Virus record (IMG/VR): IMGVR_UViG_2565956718_000004
Strand: one strand, 5' to 3'
Origin: a virus
Lineage: Duplodnaviria > Heunggongvirae > Uroviricota > Caudoviricetes
Length of the DNA: 49,168 nucleotides
Shown: in pieces, positions 45,276-49,168 of the stretch
How the letters are laid out: the number at the start of each line of letters is the position of its first letter
Position numbering within the stretch: the first letter of the stretch is position 1
Notes under the pieces: generated by a model
The model's input: the letters and a program-made list of their open reading frames with translations, nothing else
Databases searched by the model: none
Told to the model about the DNA's origin: nothing
Program-made: the position numbers and the translations under genes

Positions 45276-47747
45276 ATGAGTAAAGTCTTTATTTGCGCCG
45301 CCATTCCGGACGAACAGGCAATAAAGGAAGAAGGTGCCGTCGCTGTAGCCACTGCCATTGAAGCCGGTGATGAACGTCGCGCCCGCGCAAAATTTCACTG
45401 GCAATTCCTGGAACATTATCCGGCTGCTCAGGACTGCGCTTATAAATTTCTTGTCTGCGAGGATAAACCCGGTATACCCCGCCCTGCCCTAGATTCCTGG
45501 GATGCTGAATATATGCAGGAAAACCGCTGGGATGAGGCGTCTGCTTCCTTTGTCCCGGTTGAGACTGAATCAGATCCGATGAACGTCACTTTTGACAAGC
45601 TGGCCCCTGAAGTACAGAACGCTGTCATGGTTAAGTTCGACACATGTGAAAACATCACCGTTGATATGGTGATTAGCGCGCAGGAATTGTTGCAGGAAGA
45701 CATGGCAACATTCGACGGACATATCGTTGAAGCGTTGATGAAAATGCCAGAAGTTAACGCCATGTATCCGGAGCTTAAGCTGCATGCCATCGGGTGGGTT
45801 AAGCATAAATGTAAGCCTGGTGCCAAATGGCCCGAAATTCAGGCAGAGATGCGCATCTGGAAAAAACGTCGCGAAGGTGAACGCAAGGAAGCCGGAAAAT
45901 ACACGTCTGTTGTTGATCTCGCCCGCGCCAGAGCCAATCAACAGCACACTGAAAATTCAACAGGAAAAATCAACCCGGTCATTGCTGCCATTCATCGCGA
46001 ATACAAGCAGACATGGAAAACACTGGATGACGAACTGGCCTACGCTCTCTGGCCTGGTGATGTGGATGCCGGAAACATTGACGGCAGCATCCATCGCTGG
46101 GCAAAAAATGAAGTTATCGACAACGACCGCGAAGACTGGAAGCGTATCTCGGCATCAATGCGCAAACAGCCTGATGCCCTTCGCTACGACCGCCAGACTA
46201 TTTTTGGCCTTGTCCGTGAACGTCCGATCGACATTCACAAAGACCCTGTGGCACTGAACAAATACATTACTGAATACCTGACTACAAAGGGCGTGTTTGA
46301 AGATGAAGGAACAAATCAGAGCGCAACTGATACTCTCTCGTCGCCAGTACCAGAAACTGATGCAGTGGAAACGGCAATTCCGGACAACGAAAAAACCGAA
46401 TGCAAAGTGGAAGTCGAACCATCTGTAGAACGTGAGGGGCCGTTCTACTTCCTCTTCACCGACAAGGATGGCGAAAAATACGGTCGCGCAAACAAACTTT
46501 CTGGTCTGGATAAGGCGCTGTCTGCTGGGGCTACTGAAATCACGAAAGAAGAATATTTCGCCCGCAAAAACGGTACATACTCAGGTTCACAACAAAATAC
46601 TGGTGCATCTGACACGACCGCACAACCAGGGTCAGTAAAAGTTACCGCTGACGAAGTAAACAAAATTATGCAGGCAGCCAATATCAGCCAGCCTGACGCC
46701 GATGAACTGCTTGCAGTATCACGTGGTGAATTTGTTGAAGGGATTAGCGACCCGAATGATCCGAAATGGGTTAAGGGGAACCAGACCCGCGATTCTGTGA
46801 ACCAGAACCAGCAAGAAACGGAACAGAACGACCAGAAAGCGGAACAAAACAGCCCAAATGCGTTACAAAACGAGCCAGAAACGAAACAGCCTGAATCAGT
46901 GGCGCAACAGGAAGTGGAAAAAGTCTGCACCGCCTGCGGTCAGACCGGCGGCGGCAACTGCCCTGATTGTGGCGCGGTAATGGGCGACGCAACATACCAG
47001 GAAACATTCGATGAAGAGTATCAGCCTGAAGTTCAGGAAGATGATCCGGAGGAAATGGAAGGCGCTGAACATCCACACAAGGAGAACACTGGCGGCAATC
47101 AGCATCACGATAGCGATAATGAAACTGGCGAGACGGCAGATCACTCAATTAAGGTGAACGGTCATCAAGAAATCACATCCACCAGCAGGACGTGTGACCA
47201 TCTAATGATCGACCTTGAAACCATGGGAAAAAATCCTGATGCCCCGATCATCTCAATAGGTGCAATATTTTTCGATCCGCAAACCGGAGATATGGGACCG
47301 GAATTTAGTAAGACTATCGATCTGGAAACTGCTGGCGGAGTCATTGATCGGGACACCATTAAATGGTGGCTTAAGCAATCACGCGAAGCGCAATCTGCCA
47401 TTATGACCGATGAAATCCCGTTAGATGATGCACTGTTACAATTGCGGGAATTTATCGACGAAAACTCCGGTGAATTTTTTGTTCAGGTTTGGGGAAATGG
47501 AGCCAACTTCGACAACACGATTTTGCGCCGTTCATACGAACGGCAGGGGATCCCCTGCCCGTGGCGTTACTACAACGATCGCGATGTACGCACAATCGTT
47601 GAGCTGGGGAAAGCCATAGACTTCGATGCCAGAACGGCTATTCCATTCGAAGGTGAGCGCCATAATGCACTTGATGACGCCCGTTACCAGGCAAAATACG
47701 TTTCAGCTATCTGGCAAAAACTGATCCCAAATCAGGCTGATTTTTAA
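45276..47747 (+). CDS. large exonuclease-like protein (acidic linker, Zn ribbon, C-terminal DEDDh-type 3'-5' exonuclease-like domain)
   Basis: 823-aa ORF; C-terminal MIDLETMG ... HNALDDARYQ pattern; CTACGQTGGGNCPDCG zinc ribbon; occupies the recE-like position next to xis/int. Confidence 0.65.
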   Translation: MSKVFICAAIPDEQAIKEEGAVAVATAIEAGDERRARAKFHWQFLEHYPAAQDCAYKFLVCEDKPGIPRPALDSWDAEYMQENRWDEASASFVPVETESDPMNVTFDKLAPEVQNAVMVKFDTCENITVDMVISAQELLQEDMATFDGHIVEALMKMPEVNAMYPELKLHAIGWVKHKCKPGAKWPEIQAEMRIWKKRREGERKEAGKYTSVVDLARARANQQHTENSTGKINPVIAAIHREYKQTWKTLDDELAYALWPGDVDAGNIDGSIHRWAKNEVIDNDREDWKRISASMRKQPDALRYDRQTIFGLVRERPIDIHKDPVALNKYITEYLTTKGVFEDEGTNQSATDTLSSPVPETDAVETAIPDNEKTECKVEVEPSVEREGPFYFLFTDKDGEKYGRANKLSGLDKALSAGATEITKEEYFARKNGTYSGSQQNTGASDTTAQPGSVKVTADEVNKIMQAANISQPDADELLAVSRGEFVEGISDPNDPKWVKGNQTRDSVNQNQQETEQNDQKAEQNSPNALQNEPETKQPESVAQQEVEKVCTACGQTGGGNCPDCGAVMGDATYQETFDEEYQPEVQEDDPEEMEGAEHPHKENTGGNQHHDSDNETGETADHSIKVNGHQEITSTSRTCDHLMIDLETMGKNPDAPIISIGAIFFDPQTGDMGPEFSKTIDLETAGGVIDRDTIKWWLKQSREAQSAIMTDEIPLDDALLQLREFIDENSGEFFVQVWGNGANFDNTILRRSYERQGIPCPWRYYNDRDVRTIVELGKAIDFDARTAIPFEGERHNALDDARYQAKYVSAIWQKLIPNQADF

Positions 47748-47811
47748 TGTTCAACCCCGGTCGTTGCCCACCAGCTATAGTGGCGGCGACCATGATTAGC
47801 GAACGACGCTC

Positions 47812-48060
47812 ATGGCAAGACTTATTTTGCTCACTGAGTGGGCAAAAGAGGAATTCAGTGAACCGGTCCCTACTCCGAGTACGTTAAGTAAATACGCTAA
47901 AGCCGGAATGATATTTCCTCTCCCCAAAAAAGTTGGAAGACGCTGGCGAGTGGATCCGCAAGCTCGCTTTGTCGGAATGGTAAACAAGCCGGAGGTGATC
48001 GCCACAGATCACCCTGCTTTGAAGAGGATACTGGAAGATGGCGCGCCCGCGAAAATATAA
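47812..48060 (+). CDS. xis: excisionase-like protein
   Basis: 82-aa basic protein immediately upstream of and overlapping the integrase start. Confidence 0.65.
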   Translation: MARLILLTEWAKEEFSEPVPTPSTLSKYAKAGMIFPLPKKVGRRWRVDPQARFVGMVNKPEVIATDHPALKRILEDGAPAKI

Positions 48061-49168
48061 AACCGATGTTCCGGGATTATCTCCGTATTTTGACAAAAGA
48101 AATAACAAAGTTTACTGGCGTTACAGGCATCCCATAACAGGCAAAAATCACGGTCTCGGCAGTATTGACCAGAAACTGGCAGAAACTATTGCAGCAGAAG
48201 CGAACAGCCGTCTTGCCCGGCAGCAAATGGAACAAATGCTCAGTCTGCAGGAGAAAATTATTAGTGATACCGGCGGTTCATCAACCGTTACCATTTTTCT
48301 GAATAATTACAGAAAAATTCAACAGGAAAGATATGAAAACGGCGAGATCAAACTCAACACGCTGAAACAGAAAGCGGCCCCTCTCAGGGTATTTGATGAA
48401 CGTTTTGGCACCAGACCGTTAGATGCCATAACCGTAAAAGATGTGGTATCAGTACTGGAAGAGTACAAGGCCAGAGGACATAACAGAATGGGACAAATTT
48501 TCAGGAAAGTACTGATCGATGTTTTCCGGGAAGCTCAGCAAACGGGCGATGTCCCGCCAGGCTTTAACCCTGCAGAATCGGCAAAAAAACCGCAGGTGCG
48601 GATATCAAGACAGCGACTGACTTTTGATGAGTGGATGATGATTTATAACGCAGCGGAAAAGAATGGTTACTTTTTACAGCGCGGTATGCTGCTGGCACTG
48701 ATGACAGGCCAGCGCCTTTCAGATATTTGCAAAATGCAATTTTCGGATATCCGGGATGGTTATCTTCATGTCGAACAGCAAAAAACAGGAACCCGGATTG
48801 CCATCCCTCTGGCTCTGCGTTGCGATAAATTAAATCTCACCCTGGATGATGTAGTGTCATCCTGCCGCGATTGCGTTCTTAGTCCGTGGCTATTGCACCA
48901 CCATCACGCGAAAGGGACAGCTAAGCGCGGCGGGATGGTTAAGCCAGCAACATTAACCGTTGCATTTAAAAAAGCCCGGGATTCTGTGGATTACAACTGG
49001 CGTGCTAATGGCACCCCACCCTCTTTCCATGAGCAGAGATCTTTATCAGAGCGATTGTTCAGAGAGCAGGGGGTTGATACCAAAATTTTGCTAGGCCATT
49101 CGAATCAAAAAATGACCGATATTTACAACGACGCACGCGGTAAGGAATGGAAAAAACTGGTCATTTGA
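48038..49168 (+). CDS. int: tyrosine integrase
   Basis: 376-aa ORF; C-terminal catalytic pattern LLGHSNQKMTDIYNDAR (His...Tyr); stop at the last three bases of the window. Confidence 0.9.
   Translation: MARPRKYKTDVPGLSPYFDKRNNKVYWRYRHPITGKNHGLGSIDQKLAETIAAEANSRLARQQMEQMLSLQEKIISDTGGSSTVTIFLNNYRKIQQERYENGEIKLNTLKQKAAPLRVFDERFGTRPLDAITVKDVVSVLEEYKARGHNRMGQIFRKVLIDVFREAQQTGDVPPGFNPAESAKKPQVRISRQRLTFDEWMMIYNAAEKNGYFLQRGMLLALMTGQRLSDICKMQFSDIRDGYLHVEQQKTGTRIAIPLALRCDKLNLTLDDVVSSCRDCVLSPWLLHHHHAKGTAKRGGMVKPATLTVAFKKARDSVDYNWRANGTPPSFHEQRSLSERLFREQGVDTKILLGHSNQKMTDIYNDARGKEWKKLVI

Overview
The window is almost entirely one mosaic lambdoid prophage of Escherichia/Enterobacteriaceae type, read from the sequence and the six-frame track with no database searches. 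Late and early-right genes run on the minus strand; the immunity-left arm, xis and int run on the plus strand at the right end. From left to right: the start of a side-tail-fibre gene (stf), lom, a lambda-like tail module (J, I, K, L, M, H, G/G-T with a visible -1 frameshift site, V, U), an HK97-like head module (connector proteins, a long portal, a protease-scaffold-capsid fusion, TerL, TerS), a putative cos region with GTTAAC palindromes, an HNH endonuclease, a phage-21-type lysis cassette (pinholin, SAR endolysin, Rz/Rz1) carrying inserted genes, a NanS-p-like esterase, a tRNA cluster (Ile2, Arg, plus a truncated Arg-like tRNA), a DNA methyltransferase, a Q-like antiterminator with a pR'/tR'-like unit, RusA, a DUF968 protein, a hok/sok-type toxin locus, a nin-like block of small genes with Ead/Ea22-like proteins and recombination scars, a second small methyltransferase, an IS21-family element (istA/istB) sitting just downstream of an iteron-containing replication initiator gene, a YdaT/YdaS/repressor immunity region, Rha, a large exonuclease-like protein, excisionase and integrase. 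No Shiga toxin genes are present, although the locus layout is Stx-phage-like. The most unusual items are two tandem ~215-bp structured repeats at the position where stx would sit, a promoter-plus-terminator small-RNA candidate between tail genes I and J, and extra tiny membrane ORFs and inserted genes inside the lysis cassette. Product names rest on recalled family features and are not search-verified.
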